In this document: in pieces, positions 26,669 through 34,731 of the stretch
Layout: every line of letters begins with the position of its first letter
How positions within the stretch are numbered: the first letter of the stretch is position 1
Origin: a virus
Lineage: Duplodnaviria; Caudoviricetes
Strand: one strand, 5' to 3'
DNA: 64,000 nucleotides
IMG/VR virus record: IMGVR_UViG_3300024433_001307
Coordinates: 1,029-65,028 of that record
The notes under the pieces: model-generated
Told to the model about the DNA's origin: nothing
What the model saw: the letters and a program-made list of their open reading frames with translations, nothing else
Database searches by the model: none
Translations under genes and position numbers: made by a program

Positions 26669-27541
26669 TCATGATTTTTTTCCTTTCATAAAGGTATTCA
26701 TTTTTTCTAATACTTCTTTGGCTGCCTTGTGAGCATCTTTCCTCTCTCTCTTATTGGACCTTAGATTATCCGGACTGAGGTTTGTCAGTCTTTTGATGGT
26801 TAGTTTCCGAATTGATTCCAAATTGTTGTCATCTATTAGATTGAGTTTTGGAATCAATTCACAAAAATCCTTCAGATTGTTGATTAGCGAATCCTTAAAT
26901 TTCTTATCGGATTGCTTGAGTGTCTTCCTAACCTTTTCAATTAGAGTAGCCAATTGCTCCCATACTTCTGTCATTGCTTTTTGTGTCATGGTTTCAATAG
27001 AGTTTGAAATTTGCTTTCGAATATCCTCAACTTCATCCTTATTTAGATTGACTCGAAAATCATTTGCTGAAGGTATTGGTAATACGTCGGTTTGAATTGC
27101 AAATCTATATCGTATCTCCTCAGTTGATGGAAGCTTCTTACCTTCGATTAACTTTCCCAATCTCTTTTTGGATTCGGCTATGATGGTAGGATATTCCTCT
27201 AAGAAATCATTCACTGCTTCTTCATATTCTGCAATGACTTTTCTCATCACTTGAGAATACTTTATGAACATTGAAGATGGAAGTATTCTCAATCCTCCGT
27301 CCATCCAGGGCAAAGTTAGACGTCCATGTTGGAATCGACATCTATCGCTGGCATAATTGATGGTCTTAAGTGATTTCTTAGGTATCAAATAAGTCCACCA
27401 AGCTCCGCTATCCCTATCGGAATTCTTTGCCATAATAACTTCATCAGTTACTTTGGCATCCTTAGTTCTCCCTGTCCATTTTGATATTTGCAAATGGACC
27501 AACATTGCCTTCTCAGCTAAATCACCTTTTCTTGTTTTCAT
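26669..27541 (-). CDS. DUF3150-like protein
   Basis: AMLVHLQISKWTG, TLPWMDGGLRILP, F...YP; this family is typically paired with AAA and DUF2201 genes. Confidence 0.65.
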   Translation of the reverse strand: MKTRKGDLAEKAMLVHLQISKWTGRTKDAKVTDEVIMAKNSDRDSGAWWTYLIPKKSLKTINYASDRCRFQHGRLTLPWMDGGLRILPSSMFIKYSQVMRKVIAEYEEAVNDFLEEYPTIIAESKKRLGKLIEGKKLPSTEEIRYRFAIQTDVLPIPSANDFRVNLNKDEVEDIRKQISNSIETMTQKAMTEVWEQLATLIEKVRKTLKQSDKKFKDSLINNLKDFCELIPKLNLIDDNNLESIRKLTIKRLTNLSPDNLRSNKRERKDAHKAAKEVLEKMNTFMKGKKS

Positions 27542-27553
27542 TTTATTCTCCCA

Positions 27554-27727
27554 TCACAAATAAATTGCTAAAATCTCAATAAACTCTTTTGGAATGCCAT
27601 CTCTTATTAACATCTCCTCAGCCTGCTTTTGTGCATCCAAACCATTCTCGGCGATAAAACTTTTTCTAATGGTGAATATTTCACCAGTATCTAAGTTTCG
27701 CCATTTTACTTGATGTCTTGTTTTCAT
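27554..27727 (-). CDS. Small early protein (57 aa)
   Basis: Hand translation MKTRHQVKWRNLDTGEIF...; preceded by the repeated leader/RBS. Confidence 0.7.
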   Translation of the reverse strand: MKTRHQVKWRNLDTGEIFTIRKSFIAENGLDAQKQAEEMLIRDGIPKEFIEILAIYL

Positions 27728-27810
27728 TTTATTGTCCTTTCTGTTTTTATTTATAAGTGGTCGGGGCAGAATGTTACCATCCCACCCCGACCGGAGAGGA
27801 GTGAACTTAT

Positions 27811-28068
27811 TTAGATATCCCTTTCAGCATTGACTAAATTCTTGTTCCAAAGTGCCGAGGATAAGGAGGTAAAGATATTTGCAAGACCGTTCAGCAAATG
27901 TTGAATATCAGCACAATCCAATTTATTCACATCAAGTTTAATCTCGTTGCCTTCCATATCCCTTATGAAGTGCTCGCCGCAGGTGGTTTGTGTAAAACTT
28001 ATTATCGGAATAACATTCATTCTTTCCGATAATTTTAGATTTTGATTTTGTTCCATCTTATTCTCCAT
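27811..28068 (-). CDS. Small early protein
   Basis: 85 aa; starts exactly at the ATG of the repeated leader. Confidence 0.7.
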   Translation of the reverse strand: MENKMEQNQNLKLSERMNVIPIISFTQTTCGEHFIRDMEGNEIKLDVNKLDCADIQHLLNGLANIFTSLSSALWNKNLVNAERDI

Positions 28069-28101
28069 TTTATTGTCCTTTCTGTAATTTATGGTTTGTT
28101 T

Positions 28102-28144
28102 AGTAAACCGCTGGTCAGGAATCGAACCTTATTTTCACCACCAG
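28102..28144 (-). ncRNA. tRNA-like T-arm element, short copy
   Basis: AGGTTCGATTCCTGACCAGCGGTTTACT, identical over 28 bp to 29116-29143. Confidence 0.5.
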
Positions 28145-28431
28145 TATATACCATCAATGTCAATGATATTATTTGTTCCTTTTTCGTAAGGTTTCAAAAC
28201 AACGACAACTTTGGGTCTTTTTGAAATAACCCAATTATAAAGTTCAGTCTCATTTTGGAATTGCCCAAACTTTTTTGTAAGGTTCCTCCTTGCCGTGTTC
28301 CACGCTGTCTTCCCTCTTGCAAAGACTAACCATGTTTGGCCTCTTTCGGTAAATAACCGTCCTGAACCAATTGCTTTTTTAATAATTCTAATTATTTGTT
28401 GCCTGCTTTTTTTGGTTTTTTCTACTTTCAT
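28135..28431 (-). CDS. Small basic early protein
   Basis: 98 aa; starts at the ATG of the repeated leader. Confidence 0.7.
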   Translation of the reverse strand: MKVEKTKKSRQQIIRIIKKAIGSGRLFTERGQTWLVFARGKTAWNTARRNLTKKFGQFQNETELYNWVISKRPKVVVVLKPYEKGTNNIIDIDGIYWW

Positions 28432-28477
28432 TTTATTGTCCTTTCTGTTTTATTTTTTCAAATATGGTTTATTATTG

Positions 28478-28511
28478 CCAGGCAGTTTAATTCACGTCAT
28501 GCCCAGGACGT
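28478..28511 (-). ncRNA. H-type pseudoknot leader element, copy 1
   Basis: ACGTC-CTGGGCAT-GACGT-GAATTAAAC-TGCCTGG. Confidence 0.6.
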
Positions 28512-28633
28512 CGGAGTGATGAAAGCTTCAGTTTCTTATGCTAAGGCAATCCAAATTCCAATTGCTATCCAATAGATGATGCTGAATTTTGGTGGTTGGT
28601 ATGTTAAATAAATCATCTTATTTCCTCCTTCCT

Positions 28634-28867
28634 CTAAACTTTTACTACACTAAGTGAACCAACAATAGCAGGAGGTCGAACCAACAACCACTCATTAGCT
28701 GAAGCTGACTTGGAATCGGATTGCTTAATGTTATAGTTACTGTTTGGTATACACTTGTCACATATTTCTGATGCCAGTGTTAAGGCTTCTTCAAGTGTGT
28801 CAACTGGGATGAACCTTTCCTTTGTTATTCTATCTGGTCCAACGTCTTTTAATGTTATTTTGTACAT
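28634..28867 (-). CDS. Small early protein
   Basis: 77 aa; starts at the ATG of the repeated leader. Confidence 0.7.
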   Translation of the reverse strand: MYKITLKDVGPDRITKERFIPVDTLEEALTLASEICDKCIPNSNYNIKQSDSKSASANEWLLVRPPAIVGSLSVVKV

Positions 28868-28909
28868 TATTGTCCTTTCTGTAAAAGTTTCAAATATGGT
28901 TTATTATTG

Positions 28910-28943
28910 CTGGGCAGTTTAATGCACGTCATGCCCAGGACGT
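28910..28943 (-). ncRNA. H-type pseudoknot leader element, copy 2
   Basis: ACGTC-CTGGGCAT-GACGT-GCATTAAAC-TGCCCAG. Confidence 0.6.
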
Positions 28944-28971
28944 ATTACGGAGGAGAAGTGTTATGTGTTAT

Positions 28972-29073
28972 TTAGGTTTTCTTTTTATTGATATATTCAG
29001 CCAGCAGCAAGAAAAACATTGGAATTGAACCAACACAACAAGCATCAACAAGATTTGTCATTATGGTTTCCAT
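28972..29073 (-). CDS. Early hydrophobic microprotein (33 aa)
   Basis: METIMTNLVDACCVGSIPMFFLLLAEYINKRKT following a leader copy. Confidence 0.5.
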   Translation of the reverse strand: METIMTNLVDACCVGSIPMFFLLLAEYINKKKT

Positions 29074-29115
29074 TTTATTGTCTGTCCTTTCTGTAATTTT
29101 CAAATATGGTTTGTG

Positions 29116-29174
29116 AGTAAACCGCTGGTCAGGAATCGAACCTAACTACCTAAACAACAGGTAACCATCAGCGG
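29116..29174 (-). ncRNA. tRNA-like element, long copy (closing stem, hairpin, T-arm)
   Basis: CCGCTG/CAGCGG closing stem, TACCT/AGGTA hairpin and TTAGG-TTCGATT-CCTGA T-arm. Confidence 0.55.
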
Positions 29175-29457
29175 GAAGGAATTTTCTATAAAACCAGTGT
29201 ATTGTAAAAGTCCATCTTACCTATGACCAGTGTAAGGAGTTAATCCGCTCCGCAGAGCACACCCCAATCAGTAAGACCCAATCACTTTACCTCAGTTTTT
29301 ATTATGCTTTCACTACCGTCGCTACTCGCTTCGCCGCCACCCTTTGCAATTTTACAGCATACATGGTAAATTCACTCAGGAATTCTCCGGCATTTTTAGG
29401 ACCTTTCTAAAGCCCTACATATTATTAACTTTTCAAGTCTAACTTTATACTACTAAA

Positions 29458-29485
29458 ATTATAACAACAGTTTCCTAATAGTCAA
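29458..29485 (-). promoter_or_regulatory. Leftward early sigma70 promoter
   Basis: Minus strand TTGACT-N16-TATAAT with an extended -10 TG, at the divergence point of the two arms. Confidence 0.7.
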
Positions 29486-29685
29486 AAGGAAAAATTGGGG
29501 ATTTTTGTGAAATTTTTGATTTTTTTAATATCCCTGTTTCTTAACCCATAAATGGGCATTTTACCTGAAAATAACCCAAAAAAATATGTGCATCTTACGT
29601 ATAAATTGCCTTATATCTGTTTTCCGTAATTGCTTTCCAAGAATTGCCGTTACAATGTATATAAGAAAGCAAAAGGATTTGTGCT

Positions 29686-30408
29686 ATGAGCAAACGGACT
29701 ATTTGGAATGATAGTTTCATTATTCGAGCTTACGAGCTAATCAAATCGGGGCTGACAGAAGCACAAGCGGCAAGAGCACTTGGAATAAGCAAACCAACCT
29801 TTCTTGATTGGGAACGAAAAAAGAAATCATTTAGGTCTGCCGTTCAATTAGGCAGGAATGCTTATAGAAATGGTAACGGTCAAGTCTTAAGTTTCCGAGA
29901 TTATGTCTTCCAAAGATTGTCAGCAAACCTCAAAGAATTATGGAACAAGATAAACAAATTAGACGAAGCAGATTCCGGAGTAGAAAAGATAGAAGCAATT
30001 CTCAGTGGGCAAGGAAAAGAAGTAAGACAGCATCTATTCATATATTCGTGGACAGCCAGTAATTTCTCAATCAGCCAAGCCTTGAGGAAAGTCAATATAA
30101 GCAGGTCTACGTTTGATTTGTGGAAGAATAAAGACCCGGATTTTGCTGCATTAGTAGATGAGATAGATTGGCATAAAAAAAACTTCTTTGAGGACCATCT
30201 GTGCACATTGGTTGCAGGAGGAGATACCACAGCAACAGTTTTTGCAAATAGAACATATAATAGACAGAGAGGATATAACGAGAAATTCGATGTGGAGGTT
30301 TCAGGAGGATTACAAAATACCGTAGTCAATGTAGAAGAAATGAATCTGCCAATCGATGTGAGAAAGGAGATATTAAAATCCTTACGACTACAGCAGAAGA
30401 CAGATTGA
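29686..30408 (+). CDS. Terminase small subunit (two HTH motifs)
   Basis: HTH motifs, DPDFAA, GDTTATVF...RGY; directly upstream of TerL. Confidence 0.8.
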   Translation: MSKRTIWNDSFIIRAYELIKSGLTEAQAARALGISKPTFLDWERKKKSFRSAVQLGRNAYRNGNGQVLSFRDYVFQRLSANLKELWNKINKLDEADSGVEKIEAILSGQGKEVRQHLFIYSWTASNFSISQALRKVNISRSTFDLWKNKDPDFAALVDEIDWHKKNFFEDHLCTLVAGGDTTATVFANRTYNRQRGYNEKFDVEVSGGLQNTVVNVEEMNLPIDVRKEILKSLRLQQKTD

Positions 30409-31862
30409 ACGAAATATACTTTGATGAATACAATTTAGTGAAAAGTATCACTAAAGAGAGTTTCAGTGAATTCGTCAAAGAATTTTGGAGTACGATTATT
30501 ACAGATACACTAATATGGAACTGGCATATGGGGTATATATGCAATGAACTCCAAAAGATAGCGGAAAGAGTGTTTAGAAGCGAACCAAAAGAATATGATT
30601 TGGTTATCAATATCAGTCCGGGCACGACGAAATCTACAATATGTTCCATTATGTTTCCTGCCTGGATATGGGTCAATATGCCAAGTGCAGAAGTTATAGG
30701 TGCATCCTACGCTCATCAAATTGCTATGGACCTAAGCAGGAAGAATAGAGACGTAGTGAGAAGCGATAAATATCAACACTGTTTTGGTCGGGTTTGGAAT
30801 GAAAAGAAAGAGGAGTTTAGACCATATATAAAGATGAGGGATGACCAAGCTGCCAAAACATATTTTATGAATACCAAAGGAGGTTCGAGATTTAGTGCTG
30901 GAGTGGGTGGAGCAATAACAGGTATGCACGGCCATTTCCTTATTGTAGATGACCCACTGAATCCTAACGAAGCGGTCTCAGAGGCAGAGCTTGCAAATGC
31001 CAATAGGTGGATGTCTGAGACTCTGCCAACAAGGAAGATATCGCATTTAGTAACGCCAACAATACTTATTATGCAGAGATTGCACCAAGACGACCCTACT
31101 GCTAATATGCTCGCAAAGTCTAAGAGAATTAAGCATATCTGCTTACCCGCTGAGAGTACTGCGAATATTAAGCCCAAGAAACTTACGAGGTTCTATAAAG
31201 ACGACTTGATGGACCCTAAGAGATTTCCACGTAAGGTTTTGGATGATAACAGAGTTCTTTTAGGTGAATATGGATATGCTGGTCAATTCCTACAACGTCC
31301 AGTACCATTAGGTGGAGGTATGTTCAAGACAGATAGAATCATAATTGATGAACCTCCCAAGAAATGGAAGATGAGGATTAGATTTTGGGATAAGGCAGGA
31401 ACAAAAGGAGGAGGTGCTTATTCTGTTGGTACATTAATGGGAAGGGACAGAGAGGATAGGTATTGGATATTGGATGTGGAAAGAGGCCAGTGGGATTCGT
31501 CGAGACGAGAAACAATTATTAAGAGCAATGCCATAATGGATGGTAAAGATATCATAATAGGATTAGAGCAGGAACCCGGTAGTGCAGGAAAAGAATCAGC
31601 AGAAAACACCGTCAAGAATTTAGCTGGATGGATAGTTAGGGTAGACAGGCCCACGGGAGATAAAGCTACTCGTGCTGACCCATTTAGTGTTCAGGTCAAT
31701 AATGGAAATGTTTATATGGTAAAGGCTGATTGGAATCGGGACTATATAAATGAATTAAAATTCTTTCCGCTTTCCAAATATAAAGACCAAACAGATGCTT
31801 CAAGTGGAGCATTCAATATATTAGCTAAAGGAAAAAGGAAGGTTGGGTGTATAGAACTTTGA
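30405..31862 (+). CDS. Terminase large subunit
   Basis: WNWH, NISPGTTKS, LIVDDP, IMQRLHQDD, FWDKA, EQEPG, DQTDA. Confidence 0.93.
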   Translation: MNEIYFDEYNLVKSITKESFSEFVKEFWSTIITDTLIWNWHMGYICNELQKIAERVFRSEPKEYDLVINISPGTTKSTICSIMFPAWIWVNMPSAEVIGASYAHQIAMDLSRKNRDVVRSDKYQHCFGRVWNEKKEEFRPYIKMRDDQAAKTYFMNTKGGSRFSAGVGGAITGMHGHFLIVDDPLNPNEAVSEAELANANRWMSETLPTRKISHLVTPTILIMQRLHQDDPTANMLAKSKRIKHICLPAESTANIKPKKLTRFYKDDLMDPKRFPRKVLDDNRVLLGEYGYAGQFLQRPVPLGGGMFKTDRIIIDEPPKKWKMRIRFWDKAGTKGGGAYSVGTLMGRDREDRYWILDVERGQWDSSRRETIIKSNAIMDGKDIIIGLEQEPGSAGKESAENTVKNLAGWIVRVDRPTGDKATRADPFSVQVNNGNVYMVKADWNRDYINELKFFPLSKYKDQTDASSGAFNILAKGKRKVGCIEL

Positions 31863-31876
31863 AAGGAGAGTTTATA

Positions 31877-32143
31877 ATGGATACCAAGAAAAGAATAGAG
31901 GTTGTTGGTCTTTACTTTTGGGATGGTTCCAAGTATATTTTGCGAAAGGACCATGAAGGTTGGAGACAATTAAAAATCAGGATGAGGGAGAGGAAACAAG
32001 TGGAGTTTAATGAGCTGCATTCTCAAGGTAAGATAAAACCTGAAACCATCATGGTTCGTATTGTTAATACCACCATGACAGAAGAAGAATATAATGCAAT
32101 TCCGCTGTCGTCTGAATTGGCAGAAATGCAGACAAAGGAATAA
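31877..32143 (+). CDS. Hypothetical protein
   Basis: AAGGAG RBS upstream of ATG 31877. Confidence 0.55.
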   Translation: MDTKKRIEVVGLYFWDGSKYILRKDHEGWRQLKIRMRERKQVEFNELHSQGKIKPETIMVRIVNTTMTEEEYNAIPLSSELAEMQTKE

Positions 32144-32152
32144 AAGAAAGGA

Positions 32153-33640
32153 GTGACTATGGCAAAGGGAACGAAGAAGCCACCAAAAGGGGTTAGGTCT
32201 AATATCAAAAAAGGTGTAGTAACAAAATTAAATAAACCTTTGTCTCCTAAAGAACAGGTCCGAACGTTAATGGTTGCTAACGCCTCTCTTATGCGGTCTG
32301 AGTTGATTCGCAAATTATTGAATCCAGGTAAAGATATCAACTTTGCCTGTGGTTATCCCGATTCTATAACTCAGAAAGAATATCAAATGCAGTTTGACAG
32401 AGAAGGTATAGCCAAGCGAGTTGTTGAAATACTACCTGTAGAATCGTGGGCTATGCCTCCGTCTATCTATGAAAACGAAGAAAGTGAGAAAACAGACTTT
32501 GAAAAGAAATGGGATGCTCTTGAGAAGGAGAGGAACATTCTACATTTCCTCCAACGTATAGATATCTTAAGTGGTATAGGCAGATATGGAGTATTGCTTT
32601 TGGGTTTGAACGACGGGAAGGAATTGATGGAGCCTGTTGAAGGCATTGATGAGAACACGGGTATAAGAACAGGTAATAAGGAACATGAGTTATTATATTT
32701 GAGGCCTTTCGATGAAGGTGTACTGGAAATTGAACATAAGGAAGAAAATGCAACCAGTCCGAGATACGGCTATCCTACCATGTATACCATCAATTTTGAG
32801 AGTTCAACAAAGTCAACAAGCATCCAAACCAGAAAGATACATTGGACAAGGATTCTCCATGTTGCTGATAATAAAACATCCTCTGAGATATTTGGTATAC
32901 CAAGAATGAAACCTGTCTATAATAGATTGTTGGATATTAGGAAGATTGTAAGTGGTAGTGGGGAGATGTTTTGGAAAGGAGCCTTTCCAGGTTTCGCTTT
33001 TAAATTAGACCCTGATATGGCTGATGCTGAGATGGATACTGATGCAATCAAAAAACAGATATTAGATTATACAAGCGGATTGCAAAGATGGTTGGCTATA
33101 TCTGGGGTGACTGTAGAAGCTCTCAAGCCTCAAGTATCCGACCCCAAAGGTCATATAGAATGTCAGATAAGATATATATCTCTGACTTTGGGTATACCTT
33201 ACAGGATATTTATTGGAACGGAGGAGGCTAAATTGGCTTCCACTCAGGATGTTCAAACATTCAATAAGAGATTAGGACAGAGGCAGGAAAATTACCTGAC
33301 GCCACAGCTCGTTCGTCCGTTTGTTGATAGGTTGATATTATATGGCACATTACCAACAGTGGATGAATACTTTGTTGATTGGCCTGATTTGAATGCTCCA
33401 TCGGATAAAGAACAGGCTGAAGTAAGTAAAGAAAAGACAGAGGCATTGGCTAAATACGTTGCTGGTGGTGTAGATACCTTAATACCTCCCAAGGAATTTC
33501 TAATGATGATAATGGATATGAGTGAGGAAGAGGCTGAAGTAATTATGAAGGCTGCGGAAGAATATTTAGCAGAAATGCCGGAAGAACCAGAACCCGAAGA
33601 ACCCGAAGAACCCGAAGAACCAGAAGAAGATGAGGAATAA
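32153..33640 (+). CDS. Portal protein (DUF1073-type) with an EPE-repeat tail
   Basis: GIAKRVVE, SGIGRYG, IHWTRILH, GIPYRIFIG; follows the terminase. Confidence 0.85.
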   Translation: MTMAKGTKKPPKGVRSNIKKGVVTKLNKPLSPKEQVRTLMVANASLMRSELIRKLLNPGKDINFACGYPDSITQKEYQMQFDREGIAKRVVEILPVESWAMPPSIYENEESEKTDFEKKWDALEKERNILHFLQRIDILSGIGRYGVLLLGLNDGKELMEPVEGIDENTGIRTGNKEHELLYLRPFDEGVLEIEHKEENATSPRYGYPTMYTINFESSTKSTSIQTRKIHWTRILHVADNKTSSEIFGIPRMKPVYNRLLDIRKIVSGSGEMFWKGAFPGFAFKLDPDMADAEMDTDAIKKQILDYTSGLQRWLAISGVTVEALKPQVSDPKGHIECQIRYISLTLGIPYRIFIGTEEAKLASTQDVQTFNKRLGQRQENYLTPQLVRPFVDRLILYGTLPTVDEYFVDWPDLNAPSDKEQAEVSKEKTEALAKYVAGGVDTLIPPKEFLMMIMDMSEEEAEVIMKAAEEYLAEMPEEPEPEEPEEPEEPEEDEE

Positions 33641-33645
33641 AGGAA

Positions 33646-33768
33646 ATGGAACATGAATTATTACATTTGAAACCCTGTGATTCCTGTAAGAAAAGATTAA
33701 CCTGTCCGGATGATTATATTTGTCCTGAAATAGAAGAATGGATAAAAAAGGAAGAAGGAAAGGAGTAA
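33646..33768 (+). CDS. Four-cysteine microprotein (40 aa)
   Basis: Hand translation MEHELLHLKPCDSCKKRLTCPDDYICPEIEEWIKKEEGKE; fills the portal-speD gap exactly. Confidence 0.55.
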   Translation: MEHELLHLKPCDSCKKRLTCPDDYICPEIEEWIKKEEGKE

Positions 33769-33770
33769 TT

Positions 33771-34274
33771 ATGGCATACGGAAAGGAACTGATTCTGGAT
33801 TTGTATGGATGCGATATAAGTAAATTCAATCGTAATTCCATTGAGGATTGGTTGCGGGAACTTTGTAATTTGATAGATATGGATCGGGAGGATTTGCATT
33901 TTTGGGATTATTATGACAACCCCAAAGAGAAGATAAAGGTTCCGCCTCACCTTGCTGGAACATCGGCTGTTCAATTTATCACCACTTCTGATATTGTTAT
34001 ACATACTTTGGATATGTTGGGAGAATGTTATATCAATATCTTTTCCTGTAAAGGTTTTGATGTAAAGGCAGCCGCCGAATTTACAATGCTCTGGTTTTCG
34101 GCAAAAAGATATGAAAGTACGATGATTGCAAGGGGAAGGGAATCAAAATGTGATAATGTGCCTAATTGTGATTGTATGATTTGCGTTTCTCGAGGTGAAT
34201 GTTCTGGTGGTCGGGCATTCTGTAATAGATTTGAAAAGAGTCCGGAATATGAGAAGGAGAAAAGAGATGCTTGA
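33771..34274 (+). CDS. speD: S-adenosylmethionine decarboxylase proenzyme-like protein with a Cys-rich tail
   Basis: YGKELILDLYGCD, GTSAVQFITTSDIVIHT, INIFSCKGFD; AGGAG RBS before ATG 33771. Confidence 0.82.
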   Translation: MAYGKELILDLYGCDISKFNRNSIEDWLRELCNLIDMDREDLHFWDYYDNPKEKIKVPPHLAGTSAVQFITTSDIVIHTLDMLGECYINIFSCKGFDVKAAAEFTMLWFSAKRYESTMIARGRESKCDNVPNCDCMICVSRGECSGGRAFCNRFEKSPEYEKEKRDA

Positions 34275-34689
34275 TTATCTAATAATTTTATTGTCGGGTG
34301 CTTTTCTGAGAGCTAAATGGAGAAATGTGAAAGAGGAGTGGCCAGATGAATGGTATCAATATCGCCAGCAGATTGTAGGAGTTATTATTCTACATATAGC
34401 CACTCTGTTTGCTTGGGGTTCTGCCTTCTATGAACCTTTGGTTTTGGCAAGTACGGGATTTCTTATTATTGTGGGTCTTTTCGATTTAGCCCTTTCCAGA
34501 CAGAAATTGATTTCCATAAGCAAATGGACACAAAGACAATTCAAACCCAAGACCGATTTTGTCTTGTTGATAGTAGGTTTGTTAATTACCATTGCTTGCT
34601 TTTGGGGCAGACCGGTTACTGCTCATCAGCTTGTTCTGTTTGCTGTATTAGGAAGAATTCGTGGTCACTTGTTTTGGCATGGAGATTGA
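34267..34689 (+). CDS. Multi-pass membrane protein
   Basis: About four hydrophobic segments; start overlaps the speD stop region. Confidence 0.6.
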   Translation: MLDYLIILLSGAFLRAKWRNVKEEWPDEWYQYRQQIVGVIILHIATLFAWGSAFYEPLVLASTGFLIIVGLFDLALSRQKLISISKWTQRQFKPKTDFVLLIVGLLITIACFWGRPVTAHQLVLFAVLGRIRGHLFWHGD

Positions 34690-34731
34690 ATGTGTTTACT
34701 TTTAATAACCTATTAGAAAAGGAGTAGTAAA

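Larger units (their letters stand above)
27725..29174 (-). repeat. Array of repeated leaders (ACAGAAAGGACAATAAAATG) preceding small ORFs
   Basis: Copies at 27725, 28066, 28429, 28865 and 29071, with shorter copies at 24244 and 26462. Confidence 0.9.

Noticed and set aside
28456-28943. preQ1-I riboswitch call
   Set aside because: Topology is similar, but the conserved loop and A-rich tail consensus are absent.
73-29000. Many plus-strand ORFs over the left arm and minus-strand ORFs over the right arm
   Set aside because: They are antisense shadows of well-supported genes, with no motifs or RBS.
27725-29174. Possible CRISPR array or integron cassette array
   Set aside because: Spacing is 200-440 bp and irregular, the intervening DNA is ORFs, the repeats are RBS leaders, and there is no cas gene, integrase or attC structure.
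29116-29174. Canonical tRNA gene or attP
   Set aside because: Too short, with no D-arm or CCA, and no integrase in the window; kept only as a tRNA-like element.
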